This document shows positions 41,512-61,698 of a DNA stretch of 64,000 nucleotides, in pieces. A program made the position numbers and the translations under genes. Position 1 is the stretch's first letter. Each line of letters opens with the position of its first letter. This DNA comes from the human T2T-CHM13v2.0 reference genome, Homo sapiens: the NCBI RefSeq assembly GCF_009914755.1, contig NC_060933.1. One strand, given 5' to 3'. Below the pieces are notes generated by a model that saw only the letters and a list, made by a program, of their open reading frames with translations, was not told where the DNA came from and did not search any database.

Positions 41512-44073
41512 CTAATTGAAGTATTGTGCACAAGTATACGGCATCCCCTAGAAAAAAAGATCCTTAAGGTTAGAGGCTTAAGGACGTGACAAAATCAGGG
41601 TCTGAGTGAGCCTTACTATCTTTTAGTGACAATAAGATGGAAGTTTAGAGCACCAAGAAACAGATGGTAGATAAAGTATTTCAAATGGCCATTTATTTCC
41701 TATCTAAGGCAATGCAAAGCCACATTCAGATATATCTGGACTGCTTCTGACCCTCCACTGAAGGTGGGATTCTTCTTCAATCTGTGGGACAGTCCTGGAT
41801 CTCCATGCTGACATGGTTCATCTAGTACAGTTGGGACCTAACTCAGATGACTGTCCTACAGATTAAAGCAAGGCACTACAGAGGTGACCAGGCAAGTGTT
41901 TCAGCAAGGAGCACAGCCTGTCCACCCCTCCCTGCTTCTGAACATTAGGGCAGAAATTGTGAGTTATGGTAACAACTCTCTAAATTTAGAACACTGAAGG
42001 GCAAGATTCTCTATTGTCTGAAAAAAACCACTGAAAGCAAGCCAGCATAAGCATCTGTAGGAGCTCCATTTTTCTCTTCCTTCAGTGTGGCTTAGTTTCT
42101 GAGAAAGGAGCACACAGACCTTGTGCAACTTGCTTAAGAATGATGATTATAGTACATGAACTGTTTCCTTCTTAAGCAGAAGAAATCACTATGTGATAGT
42201 CTCCTTCAACGCTTCGTTGCTAAATACACACGGCCTGGCACATAACAGATATTTCAAAAAGCATCTGCAGAATGAATAAATGAAACGAACCAACCAACCA
42301 GTGAGCTGGAACCCAGTTCTCTTCACTTCTTATCCAACACTTTCTAGTATGCAATTCTGTTTCCCACTATACTAGCCTGGTGTCTGCCTTCTGAACAGAA
42401 TTAATAAGCAAGTAGTGAGACTCTAGCTAAACTTAAATGTGCTAGCTCCAACAGTCCCTAGAAATTCTAAGCCAGGCTGTCAATTTGAAATTGTCTCTAG
42501 ACAATAGCTGTGTAGCTGAGGAAGTGAGCAGCAGCACACTGACCATCTGCTCCTTCTTCTCTGGGGAGCTGAGCTGAAGGAATTCACAGAGGTTAATGAG
42601 CCCTCTCTGGCTCGTGTAGTCTTGCACAATCTGTGGGTCTGGGTCTCTTCCATTTTAGAAGATAAACACACACTTGAAATGCCTCGGGTGTGCACATGCC
42701 TATACAATGATTAGAGCTCTCTTGCCAAAGTGATATGTGAACTTTTTAGAAGCCATAAAGGAATACTGGAAAACTACTCGGCCTTCGTAGTCAGACAGGC
42801 CTTTGTAGTTCAGGGTTACAGCCCTTCATTTCTCCACTTATTAACTGGGTAACTTTGGTTCCTTTTACCTCTCTGAGCCTCCGTTTCTTCATATATAAAA
42901 TGGGAATAATACAAAGAGTTATGCCTTGCAGGTCTATCATGAAAATTAAATTAATTAAGTGTGCAAAGTGCTCGGTACAGAACATTCAACACATGGGCTA
43001 CTGTGGTTATTGGTATGTAACTAAACTCCTTCTCAAATACATTTCTATACATTTACTTCTTCAAACCACCCATGGTATTGAAACCAAAGGTTTGAAACTA
43101 TTCCATAAAGATTCACTAAGTGACTAATACACACCAATATCTGCACTGGGTGATAAAAAATGGAGACAAATAAGAGAATGGAATAAGAGAAAGGGGTAAG
43201 AAAATAACATTTATCGAGAACCCATACTGAGCTAGGCACTGCACTAAGTGCTCGGAATCCCAGGCAAATAAGTCACAGCACTGGAATTTAATGAATTTAA
43301 TGCTTGATTTTTCACTTCACACATTCATTCCTTAAGAGAAATCAAGCTCATGAAAGTTCCTATGGCTTTCTGGTTGCCAGAATCTCTTCTCTGAATTTCA
43401 CTGGAGCAGAAGAATATACCTCAGAGACTTGCTTCACACTTCAGCCAGGCCTCAGCTCCTTCTTTCTCAGCTTGCCACTCCTCTCTATCTTCAGTTGCCC
43501 ATTTGCAGTGATGAATGACTCGTTTCTCAACCAGTTCCTTGGTGCCCTTGGCCTCAATATTATTGTTTTTGAAAGTAATTGTGTTGTGGCAGGATCATCC
43601 TGCCCTCTTAATTAAGGGCATTTGTGGTTTGGTCTTTGTCCCATGTCCTCCTGGTCAATTATGCTTATTTATTCCCTGTTGTCAATTTGTCACTAATAAG
43701 TCCTCTCATATAATGTTATTACAGCACAAGTGATACACTTCTATATAATTTCAGGAAAAAGTGGACATTACTGGAACAAAAAGTGCTTAGAGAACCACAT
43801 GATGAAGAAAACATTTCACAGTGTTGGTTTGTTCTCTATTTCCCACAAATCTACAGTAACAAGTTACAGATTTTAAAAATAACTCTAGAGTTACCCCTCT
43901 CAATTGAATAACTCAATTTTTTAAAAAACTCATCACAGGACAATAGCAATCAATCTATTTTGCAACACAATAATTCTAAAACAATTAAAATGTAAATGTT
44001 AAAAGAAACCATAAACATTCTAGAACAAAAATAAGTGAAAGGTTTTATGCCCTTAGGTGGGAAAAACATTTTT

Positions 44074-50238
<6,165 letters not shown>

Positions 50239-50240
50239 TG

Positions 50241-51510
50241 ACATTTCTAAGCATGCCATCAAAGGCAGAATGCATCAGGAAAATCAATAGAATTGATTTC
50301 AAAAAACACTAAAAACTTTTTATGGCCAAAAATCCCCCATAAACAAAATTATCCCCTAGAAACAAAATAACAAAAATATTAACAAACATAAATAAACTAG
50401 GAAACATATTTGCAATCCACAAACAAAGGGCACTTAACATACAAAGTGCTTTCACAATTGCAAAATGGGCTAAAGTCATGAAAAGATAATTCAAAAAACA
50501 CAATGTCCAGTAAACACATAAAAATATGTTTGAGTTCACTAATTTAACAAATTCAAATTAAAACAATAAGAAATATTTTTTTCACTCATTAGATTGGCAA
50601 ATATTAAACTTATGGGTAATGCCAATGTTGGCAAGTTATGCATACCAACCAGCATTGTCAAACATTCTTAGAAATATAAATGGGCTTAGTTTTCTGGATA
50701 GCTATTTTACAATATGCAAAGAAAAAAAGATTTAAAAAGTATACCATCTGACTCAGCAATTCACTCTGGGTATTATCCTAAGAAAATAATCAGAGAAGTC
50801 ACAAAGGTATATGCATGAGGACATTTACTGTAATGCTGTTTATAATGAAAAATTTAAAATATCCTAGTATCCATAGAGGATAGTTAAATAAATTATGTTG
50901 CAGTCCTATAGTGGAATATTATGTTACCATTAAAAATTATAATGATTCTCTCTCCTTTGTTGGCTTTGAAGAAGTAAGCTGCCATTTCTGAGGTCTATGG
51001 AGAGGACCACGAGGCAAAGAATTGAGGGTGGCCTTTAGAAGCTGACAGCAGCCCATTGCTGATAGTCAGCAAGAAAATGGTGACCTGTCTATAGCTGCAA
51101 GGAGATGAATTCTGCCAATAACTTGAGGGCACATGGAAGTGGATCTTTTCCCAGTTGAGCTTCTGATAAGATTGTAGCCCTGGCCAGTACTTGAATTGCA
51201 ATCTGTTGACAGAAACTGTGACAGGACTGATGATGCACAGAAACAGATAATAAACGTGTGGTGTTTTAAGCCATTAAGTCTGTGGTACTTAGCAAAGCTG
51301 TCTAAGATATGTTACGTAAAAAATAAGTTATGAAACAGTACGTATGATATGATCTTATTTTAAAGTAAACTTATATTTAAATAAATGTTCATAGAAAAAT
51401 GTCTTGGACAATGTAAACCACTAGGTGTATTCCTCATACTTTTCTGCCTTTCTTGAAACTTATCTTCAATGAACATGTATATTATAAAGATAGATGTATT
51501 TTCATTTTTA
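50241..51510 (+). mobile_element. L1ME fragments (also ~43860-44070) with an MLT1 LTR piece at ~50945-51320
   Basis: atttctaagcatg continuation across the L1PA; gactcagcaattcactctgggtattatcctaag; ggctttgaagaagtaagctgccat...gaattctgccaataac MLT1 motifs. Confidence 0.65.
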
Positions 51511-52744
51511 AAGAAAAAACAATATCCAAAACCTTGGGAAGAGAGTTTATCTGTGATGTGTAATTTTTGTGTCATAATGATGCTACAGTTTTAAGCCCTT
51601 AGAAATTTAGAAAACTAAAGAATTTATGTATAACTAAATAATTTATGTATAAATAATACAGTGATTTTTTTTTCCACTGCGGGATCCTGTTGTTATTGAG
51701 TTGGAACTCCAAGAAGGTTGTTAGGTAAACATGGAATGAAAGTAATACCCACATATTACTCAAATTTGTGGAATAACCATCCAAGTTACAGTAGAGGAAT
51801 GAGGTCTACATAGTCCAGATTTCCCATACAATGCTTATTTAAAATACTAAAGTCATTTAATTTTTGGTTACAAAATATAATCCTAATAGCTATAGAATAC
51901 ACCTTTCAAATGGCTGGAATACAGTATTTATATCCAGTTGTAAGATGTGAAAATCAACTAGAGACTCTGTGCTATTGAGTTTGCTGAAGAAAACATCACA
52001 CACATGACCTCTATCCTTGATTGTGCTCTCTATCCAATTTAATAATCTTTTCATGGATCCAAATGAAATCTCATCCCCTCCCAAGGGGGGCATGTTTAAA
52101 CACTCTCAACTTCCTATCCCACTACTTTCCCTCTCACCCTTGGCAGATAATCTGGTTGGCCTAACTAGGGTTATCCATCTATCCACTAGTTGGGGGAACA
52201 CAAGGCATCTTAATAATGCCACCAAGACTACACACAAGGTGAAGAAATAGTTTCCCCAAAGCAAGGGAAGGAGTGGATGCTATGGCCAAAGGATGCAAAC
52301 TCCCTGGCATGGCACACATGATCCATCATGACAGGACACTAACTCCTCAATATGTTCTTCTACCCCCACTTTCTTCATAGCCAGTGTCACATATGCTGGC
52401 TTCTCTCACATCAACATAATTTTAGACTATCTGATCCCTCTGCTTGGACTGCCATTCCACTTACTTAGCTTGATCCGCTCAAGCTTGATTTTCAAGACTC
52501 AGGTCAATCACCATTTCTTTAGAAAGTCTTCTCTAACGAAAATCCCTCTTTTTCCCTCTCTCCAGCCAGGTTGGATACTCTTCTCATGTCTCCCACACCG
52601 CCCAAATACCGTTATCATGATGTGTTCTAATTGTTTTTATACTTGTCTGTCTCCCCATAGACTGTGGGCAGGGTAACGTCTAATTCACCTTGGAATTGTT
52701 AATGCTTAGTGCAGCACAAGTATACACAAGACATTGTTTATTAA

Positions 52745-53107
<363 letters not shown>

Positions 53108-53648
53108 TAGGACAGTGCTGAGAAATACCAAGTCAACGTTTTCAAATGTCTTTTCATCTGCTGCTTACTAAAACAAATTTTTTACATCATTACCATACTG
53201 GTGTTTAGATGTCACACTATTTTTGCATTGGTGTATTATATGGGGCCTGCTTCCTGAGCCACAGGGCAGTATGGTAGCTTCATCTTGTTTGTTGATTCCT
53301 GTCAGCTTTAGGCAGAGTGGCCTTTGTGGACTCGGTACAGAAAATTACATTCTTAGGTCCATGTGCTTGCAACTCTGCAGCCAACTGGTATCAGACCATC
53401 TGGTCAATCTAACAGCCTCTCTGCATTCACAGTTTGTCACCATTTCTATCTTCCAGTGTCATCTGCAACATGGGGCTAGTAATGCCTACCTAGAAGGATT
53501 AAATGTGAAAATATATGTAAAGTATCCAGTATAGGGTCTGCCACAGAGTATGTATTTGCCTAGTGAGTTGTTCTGCACATGCAGGGGAAGGACTTACTTC
53601 TACTGAGCCATGAGACCCAAGACCACTTGCGAGGGTGAAAAAACAAGA

Positions 53649-54040
53649 TGCAGCAGATTGCTAGTTGCTTAATCAAATTCATTCTTCCCTTCATTTTGGA
53701 AAGATTTTTAAGGGCATCAATGTGCCAAGTTAAGATTACAGTTTCCAGCTCTGAGAGGTCATGATACTAAATTCGAGTCTGTAAGATGTAGTTAGAAGGT
53801 TTTGTGTGGGACTTCCAGAAAGGCCCTTTCTAAAATAAGGATGTGATGGCTGGAGCTCCAACTACCATTTTGGCCCATAAGGCAAATTGGTGGACACAAG
53901 CCAGGTGTAGGGATGACAGAGCCGAACGACCTTAGGTACCTTCCTCCCACTTTCTTTTATGGGAGAGGGGAAAAGCCCCTCGTGGGTTTAGGATACTGGA
54001 ATCTGGGGGTTCCTGTTACACGCAGGCAAACCCCGTCAGC
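53649..54040 (+). mobile_element. Old ERV-L LTR (LTR16-like) abutting the CpG island
   Basis: tgcagcagattgctagttgc...ggatgtgatggctggagctccaactaccattttgg...cctgttacacgcaggcaaac motifs. Confidence 0.55.
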
Positions 54041-54097
54041 CACTCTGTAAACTGCTGGGCCTTGCTCTCACCCAGATTCTGCTCCTCGGATTTCTCT

Positions 54098-54137
54098 GAA
54101 CCACCTGGGGCCGCGACGAACCACCTGGGGCCGCGAC
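54098..54137. repeat. Perfect 2 x 20-bp tandem duplication GAACCACCTGGGGCCGCGAC
   Basis: Seen directly at 54098-54117 and 54118-54137. Confidence 0.97.
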
Positions 54138-54559
54138 GCCGTAAGAGTTGGGACGATAGGACCAGTAGAAGCAGGAGGAACAACACAGGAAGCGCGCCCG
54201 GAGAGGCGGCCAGTCGCTGGGTTCCGTCCGCGGTGCTCCAGGGCTCTCCTGGCTCTTCCTCCATTCACTCTTCTCGACCCTGTGGCCGGGGAGCGCTTGC
54301 AGCCAGCTCCGCCGCCGTCCTTCTTGGCTCGCGCCGTCCCCTAGCCGTCCTCACGCCGTCCCCTTACTTAGGGTCCCCTTTCCGCACCCGCGCCATCCCC
54401 TCAGCGTCCCTCACGGTTCCCTCACCGCCCGCGCCCGTTCGAAAATGCCCAGAGCCACCGCTCTCGTCACGGTCCGCTTCAGGCCTCCATTGGCCAGCAC
54501 ACGTCACGTGCGGCGTGTGGCGGCTGACATTGGCGGGCGGGCGCGCTGAGGGCAGCGCC

Positions 54560-54868
54560 GGGGACGCGGCCTCAGCAGGGGCGCCCCGCCACGGGGAGCA
54601 GCCCAGGCGCTCGCCCCAGGACGTTGTCCGGCGGGCTGGGCTGGGACCCCTCTGCCTCCAGGGCGCGTCGGGAGCAGCAGGGATCGGTGCCGCGCCGTGA
54701 GGGTGCGCAGAGGCTGCCCTCGGGCCCGCTACCCACAGACCCTCCGCGGGGCAGCGTCTCCGGGCCGGCCGCGCCCTGGTCCGCCGACCGCAGACGACTT
54801 GTGACACGGACGGCGCGTCCTGCTGACCCCAGCCGGCGCCGAGGGCTTGGAATCTCGAGCGGGAAAAG
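54560..54868 (+). other. Putative non-coding first exon of a + strand gene (start approximate)
   Basis: GC-rich segment downstream of the CCAAT/E-box/GC-box cluster, ending at candidate donor AAAAG|GTTCGG (54868/54869) where CpG density collapses; no ATG-led ORF. Confidence 0.5.
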
Positions 54869-55929
54869 GTTCGGAATTCGCAGCTAGTTTAGCCGCACAC
54901 TCAGTATGGTTCTTTCAGATTTGTTTTTTTAAACGTCTAGATATTAAGTGATGCGTGGTGGAGGCAAATCACTGAGGGTCGTGAGCTTGAAACTAAAGTT
55001 TAAAGGTCTTGGATTTGAGGGTCTCACATTCAGATGTCTGCAGGGACCAGGCTGGGAGATGCTGGGAGAACCCCCACGTTCTGGGGTGGCGAGTGCCTCT
55101 CAACTGCCGCTGGAAGCGATCTCAGATTTTTCATGAGAAGTTGAATATCGGGATTTTTATGTGAAATCTCTTGATTTGTAAATGTTGGCAATCAATTAAA
55201 AAAAAAAGAAGAAACACTGGAAGCCAAGCAAAAGACATTTATAAGCTGGTTCTAGTCTGCCAGTTTGTGACCTCTAATTTAGGTCTAATTCTGCCACTAA
55301 ATTAGTCACGTGACCTTGACCAAGTCATTTATCTCTCGGACATGCATTCTCAACATGGGTGATATTGCTCATGTTCTTAGGGGGAAAAAAGATCGTAGAT
55401 ATTACCGTCCTTTGTGGCCTTCCAAAGAGCCTCAAAACAAGCAGATATACGTTATACCTATGTCATTGAAATTTTATGGGGTTAGCAGATTCGGAAATAA
55501 AATGTCTAAAACGTCTCCTGGGAGGAGAGGGGGAAAATCAAGAAAAGGTTGAGAAACACTGCTTTAGGGAGGTGGATAAGCAGATGATCCTGCGATAGTT
55601 ATGTATGTGGAAGGATTAAAACATACTAGCATTCATAGATTGAGAACCGGAAAACTCCGAGAGGTCATCTTATAAATGTTCCATGCCAGGCACTGTTAAC
55701 ACACACACGTACAGGTACATACATATATACACACATACATATGTCCACACAATTTTATTTGATCTCCACAACAAAGTGTCGTTTCATTTACTGTGTGGGA
55801 AAACAAGCTCAGAGGGTTTGGGTGACGTGTCACAGTCAGAGCTATTAATATTAAATGGAAGAACTGGGATTTAAATCCAAGTCTATGTGGCTCCAAAACC
55901 ACCCACTCATCCTGTTGGCTCCCAGCTTG

Positions 55930-56120
55930 TCCAGTTGTGTCCAGACCTCTTAGTGCACAAGAATTCCACCTTGTGGCTTTTTAAAAATGCAAAATCTCAG
56001 CTCCCACTCCAGAAATGAGGATTCAGTATCAGGGACAGGGCTGGAGGATCTGCATTTTCACACCCTTCTAGGATGATTCCCATATTGGTGACCCAGGGAC
56101 CATTTTAAGAACAATTGTTC
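55930..56120. mobile_element. MER5A-like hAT MITE (other Charlie-type pieces near 2840-2970, 29370-29490, 55080-55275)
   Basis: ttaaaaatgcaaaatctcagctcccactccaga...atctgcattttcacacc...gatgattc...ggaccattttaagaacaattg. Confidence 0.6.
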
Positions 56121-56425
56121 TAGTCTAATTTCCCACCCAATCCCAAAGTCTTCGTGGGGTTGTACCCAAGGGGCTCAAATTTCTCCTCCCAAACAGAGAT
56201 TCCATCTCCTTTTCCAGACAAGTGACCATTCAAGCTTTGGAAGGAAATCTTTTGTTGGAGGAAACCAAGGTTTAGGAGACAGCACCCTATCCTGTGGAAC
56301 AGCTCTCATTTTGAGACAGTCCTGACAATTTTGCTTTGCTTTTTTAAAATGAGCTTCCTTCTGTGATATTCTGATCCTCCTTGAAAACTAGGTTCAAGGC
56401 ATTTATTTGAAAGTTACTATTAAAG

Positions 56426-56902
<477 letters not shown>

Positions 56903-57988
56903 GCACGTCCTTTTTCAAAACCAACAACTGCCTCAAAGTCCAGACATTTTCTTTGTTCTAAATTAAGCAGTATAGAGGATGGGAAAATGTATACATCGAA
57001 ATGTTTCTTCAGAATCATGTTTTATATAAGTTACTTATATATTTCTTTTTCTAAAAATGATGTAAGTTGAATAATCAAAACATTTCTTTGCAATTATTAT
57101 CTGGATCGTTTCACGTACCTCATGTGTTGTTACTGAAAAAGTTGTATTTCATTTTTCTGGTTTCTGTGGAGGCAACATGGGGTACAGGAAATAAAGTGTG
57201 TTTAAGGAAGAACCGGTGTTCTAATCCCAATTCCAGTACTTTCTAGTTATGTGACCTCGGGCTGGTGACGTCCTCTCTGATTCTCAGTTCTTCCTCTCTG
57301 ATTCTCACTTTCCTAATCTTTAAAATGGGGACAGTGCCTCCAGGGTTGTGACATTTATATGAGACAGCATGTGTAAAGCCCTAGTAGAGTGCTAAGCACA
57401 ACTATTTTCTATTAATATTAGTTTTTTTCCTCTCTCACTCTCTTTAGAGCAAATTTATGAGTTCCTATCCTGCTGTAATATTTAAGATCATTTTGATTTC
57501 CAAAAAGATGCATTTTCTGGAGCACTTAACTGTATGTGAGACATAAAAAAATTCATAAAAAAAATAGTGGGCCATCTTTTTAAAAAACTTTGCTGAGAAA
57601 ACTAAGGGCAAATTGACTATCTAGTTTCTTATCAGGTTTTGCTCTCTATGACCAAAGTCATCCATTTGTATTTAGCAGATATTTATGAACACTTATCATG
57701 TGCCAGGCAGTATAGTAGATGTAGACAATATAACTGTAAAGAAGACAGACAAGGTCCCTAACCTAAAATAAATTATATAAGAAAAAGATAGTAAGCAAAT
57801 AAAGTAATTACAGATTTTGATAAATGCTTAAACAGTAAAACTGAATAATGTCAGTGAATTTAACATGGTAAGAAAATATGTTCCTCACTGAGTTTAAATT
57901 TGTGAAAAAATATTAGGAAATTATCTTAAACTCTTAAGTCTTAATTAAGGTTTTGAAATTAGGCTGTGTCAGAAAATGGGAGATTTGT

Positions 57989-58365
<377 letters not shown>

Positions 58366-58549
58366 TTATCCAAGGGATGTAATTTACATTTCTTCCATTA
58401 AAGTATCAATGTTTTGGTAATTTTTCTGCTTAACTTCTAAGAAATTATGATGTCATTTTTCTTAGAAATCATTCTGTATAAGAACAATTAATATGGACAC
58501 TTTATTAGAAAATTGTGCCCCCAATAATCTTTCTCAGTGGTTTCTCTGA

Positions 58550-60260
58550 ATTTTTTAAATTTTATTTTAAATTGACAGTTTATAATTGTATATATTTATG
58601 GGGTGCAAAATGATGCTGTGGTTTAATTCAATGTGGAATAACTAAGTCAAGCTAATTAATATATTCATCACCTCACGTACTTATTTTTTGTGATGAGAAC
58701 ATTTGAAATTTATCAATTTTAAAATGTATATGATTCATTTAGAATCATGCCTTTGCAGTCAATAGTAATATGTTTACTTTATACCTTATAATTCAACTCT
58801 TAGGTGGAAAAGATTCTAGGAATTTACATTTTCTCCACTTCCTTGAGTCTTCTGTTTTAGGAATTAAATTGCCTGTTTAATTGGTGTTGTGACTGTGTTT
58901 TTATTTTATTCTGTTCCCAATACTGTTTCCCAAGAAGTTTGCAATATAATGTAATACACTGTTATTAACTATATTCACCACACTGTGCAATAGATCTCAA
59001 TTTTTAAAAACCCTATCCTTCTTGTCTAACTGAGGCTTTGTACCCTTTTGCCTTCATCTTCCTATTCCTCCCAGCTGTCAGCTTCTGGTAACCACCATTC
59101 TGTTCTCTGCTTCTATGAGTTCAGGTGTTTTAGATTCCTCATATAAGTGGAACATGTGGTATTTGTACTTCTGTGCCTGGCTTATTTCACTTTGCATAAT
59201 GGTCTCTTAGTTCTCTTATTCCATCCACGTTGTGGCAAATGTCAGAATGTATTTCTTTTTTAAGGCTGAATAGTAGTCCATTGTGTATATATGCCACATT
59301 TTCTTTATCCATTCATCTGTTGATAGACACTTAGTTTGATTCCGTAACTTGGCCATTGTGAATACTGCTACAATAAACGTGGGCATGCAGACATCTCTTC
59401 AACTGATTTCAAATCTTTTGGGTAAATACCCAGAAGTGGGACTGCCGAATAGAGTGGTAGTCCTATTTTTAATTTTTTGAGGAAACTTTATACTGTTTTC
59501 TGTAATGGCTATACCAATTTACATACCCACCAACAGGACACAAGGTTTCCCCTTTTTCCACATCTTTGCCAACACCTATCTTTTGACTTACTGGTAATGC
59601 CATCCTAACAGGTGTGAGGTGATATCTCCTCATGATTTTGATTTGCACTCCCTCATGATTAGTGATGTTGAGCACTTTTTCATGTACCTGTTGGCCATTT
59701 GTATGTCTTATTTGGAAAAATGTCTGTTCAGGTCCTTTGCCCATTTTTAATCGGATTATTTGTTTTTTTTTTTTTTTTTTTTGCTACTGAGTTGTATGAG
59801 TTCCTGATGTATTTTGGATATTAATCCCTTATCAGATATATGGTTTGCAAACATTTTCTCCCATTCTGTAGGTTGTCTTGTCATTTTGTTGATTCTTCCC
59901 TTTGCTGTGCAGAATCTTTTTGGTTTGTTGTAGACCTTTTTTATTTTTGCTTTTGTTGACTGCTTTTAGTGTCACATCCAAAAAATTATTGCCAAGACTA
60001 ATGTCAAAGAGCTTTATCCCTCTGTTTTTGTCTCAGAGTTTTCCAGCTTTAGGTGTTAGATTTAAGTCTTTAATCCATTTTGAGTTATATAATTTTTGTA
60101 AGTGGTGTAAGATAGGAGTCCTGTTTGTTTCTTTTATTTTTTTTCATGTAAGTATCTAGTTTTCCCAACACGATTTATTTAAAAGATTATCCTTTCCCCA
60201 TCATGTACTCTTGGCATCTTTGTCAAATATTGAACATATATGCGTGGGTTTATTTAGATT
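58550..60260 (-). mobile_element. L1MA-type 3' portion, interrupted by a 216-bp non-L1 insert
   Basis: gtcaagctaattaatatattcatcacctcac...gtgatgagaac...ctgttattaactatattcacca...aatagatctc L1MA 3' UTR; ORF2 C-terminal homology in ORF 59469-59744 ([10 protein letters not shown]). Confidence 0.88.
58735..58950 (+). repeat. 216-bp direct duplicate of 60836-61056
   Basis: tcatttagaatc...aattcaactcttaggtggaaaagattctaggaatttacattttctcca...gtttcccaagaagtttgca occurs at both sites, ~95% identical with 7-bp and 2-bp indels. Confidence 0.95.
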
Positions 60261-61698
60261 AATTTTTTGTCATGTTTTAAAACCTAACCATTGTGTTCTT
60301 GGATGGTAAACCTTGTGATATTAACCCGTAACTTTTTGAGTGATAAGTTCCACCACAAGGCCATAACCTGCTCTGATTCTGGTGGCTACAAAAGAATACT
60401 TCCTCTCTGTTCTATGTGGGATGAGTAAGTATCAATCTCTGGATTAGACTTCCCTGGCTGGATGCTGCAGTGCACAGCAGAGGGAGTTGGCTACTATAGG
60501 TGGAGAATGGTTAGAAGACTCACAAATAATTAATCCAGGGAACAGAGTTGCATTTTTTCATCTCTAAGAGTCATTTCTATACATTACAATTCAAGCAGCA
60601 CCATTTGTTCCCTTGACGCCTGTTTTATCCGGTAATTTGTAGCAATCTACCCTTCAAAAGGAAAGTTACCTTGTCCTATATGGTTTGAACTCAGAACATT
60701 CTTTTATTAAATTTTGAGCACTTACTATGTGCCAGGCATTGTAATGGTTTAAATGGATCTACTACAAGATTGCATGGCCAAATTTTATATGCTTAAGAAG
60801 ATCTAGGTAATGTTAGCTTTCATGGAAATATTTTCTCATTTAGAATCTTGCCTTTGCAGTCAATCTTAATGTGTTACTTTTATACCTTATAAAGACTAAT
60901 TCAACTCTTAGGTGGAAAAGATTCTAGGAATTTACATTTTCTCCATTTCCTTGAGTCTTCTGTTTTAGGAATTAAATTGCCTATTTAATTAGTGTTGTGA
61001 CTGTTTTTATTTTATTCTGTTCCCAATACTGTTTCCCAAGAAGTTTGCAGTATAATTGTCTTTTAAAAATAACATTGTTTTCTTCTCAAAGTAATATGTA
61101 TTGTCAAATTTAGAAAATATCAGTAGAGAATAAAAACCACCCATAATCCACCCTGTTAATATTTTAGTTTATATTTTTCCAGTCTTTTATATGTGTACTT
61201 ATTTTATATATGTGTATGTGTGTGTTTCTTTTATAAAAATGAGATATGTTCTCTTTTGTAGCTTGTAATTTTTAATCTAATAATATATGGTAAGTAAGTA
61301 GCTTTTTACTCTCATGATTGTTTTTAAACAGAATTTTTTTTTTCTAGAACAGGGACCAGAAGAATACTATTAATAAATTACTGTACAGGATAAATTCAGA
61401 AACCCAAACTGGAACCCAGGAACAAAATCCACTTCTCTGCTCCTTTCCATCCTTAATTCCTGCCCCTTTCGGTCCTTAATTCCTGCCCCATTCCCGTCCC
61501 GTAATCCCAGGGTACGAGGGTTCTATTGGGGAAGTCGCTGAGGGAAAGTTATCCAGTCAGATATATAGTTAGCACTTTAAGTTCTCTTCTTTGCAGAGCT
61601 TTTCAGCTAACTCTTCAGAAAGTTCTACGGCTAATCATTCTTCAGAATGATCTACTGTTAATGTGCAAATATATTTGACTATTAAATTATCTCTGTTT

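Larger units (their letters stand above)
54085..54900. promoter_or_regulatory. CpG island / probable bidirectional Pol II promoter
   Basis: Abrupt GC- and CpG-rich block in a CpG-depleted window. Two reverse CCAAT boxes (54489-54493, 54529-54533), CACGTCACGTG (54500-54510), GC box GGGCGGGGC (54535-54543). Donors on both strands. The gene cannot be named from sequence; a PTPDC1 5' end is an unverified recollection based on the nearby CYCS pseudogene. Confidence 0.9.

Noticed and set aside
43300-43860. Non-repetitive stretch with a coding-looking minus-strand peptide (IEAKGTKELVEKRVIHH...)
   Set aside because: Bounded by stops, no ATG or convincing splice sites, no recognisable homology.
54515-54533. 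ER-stress element (CCAAT-N9-CCAC) on the minus strand
   Set aside because: The spacing is N8 (CCAAT-gtcagccg-CCACA), not the required N9.
54062-54887. Overlapping 212-, 147- and 87-aa ORFs in the CpG island
   Set aside because: Non-ATG starts and Pro/Arg/Ala/Gly-rich composition expected from stop-poor GC-rich DNA; no recognisable domain.
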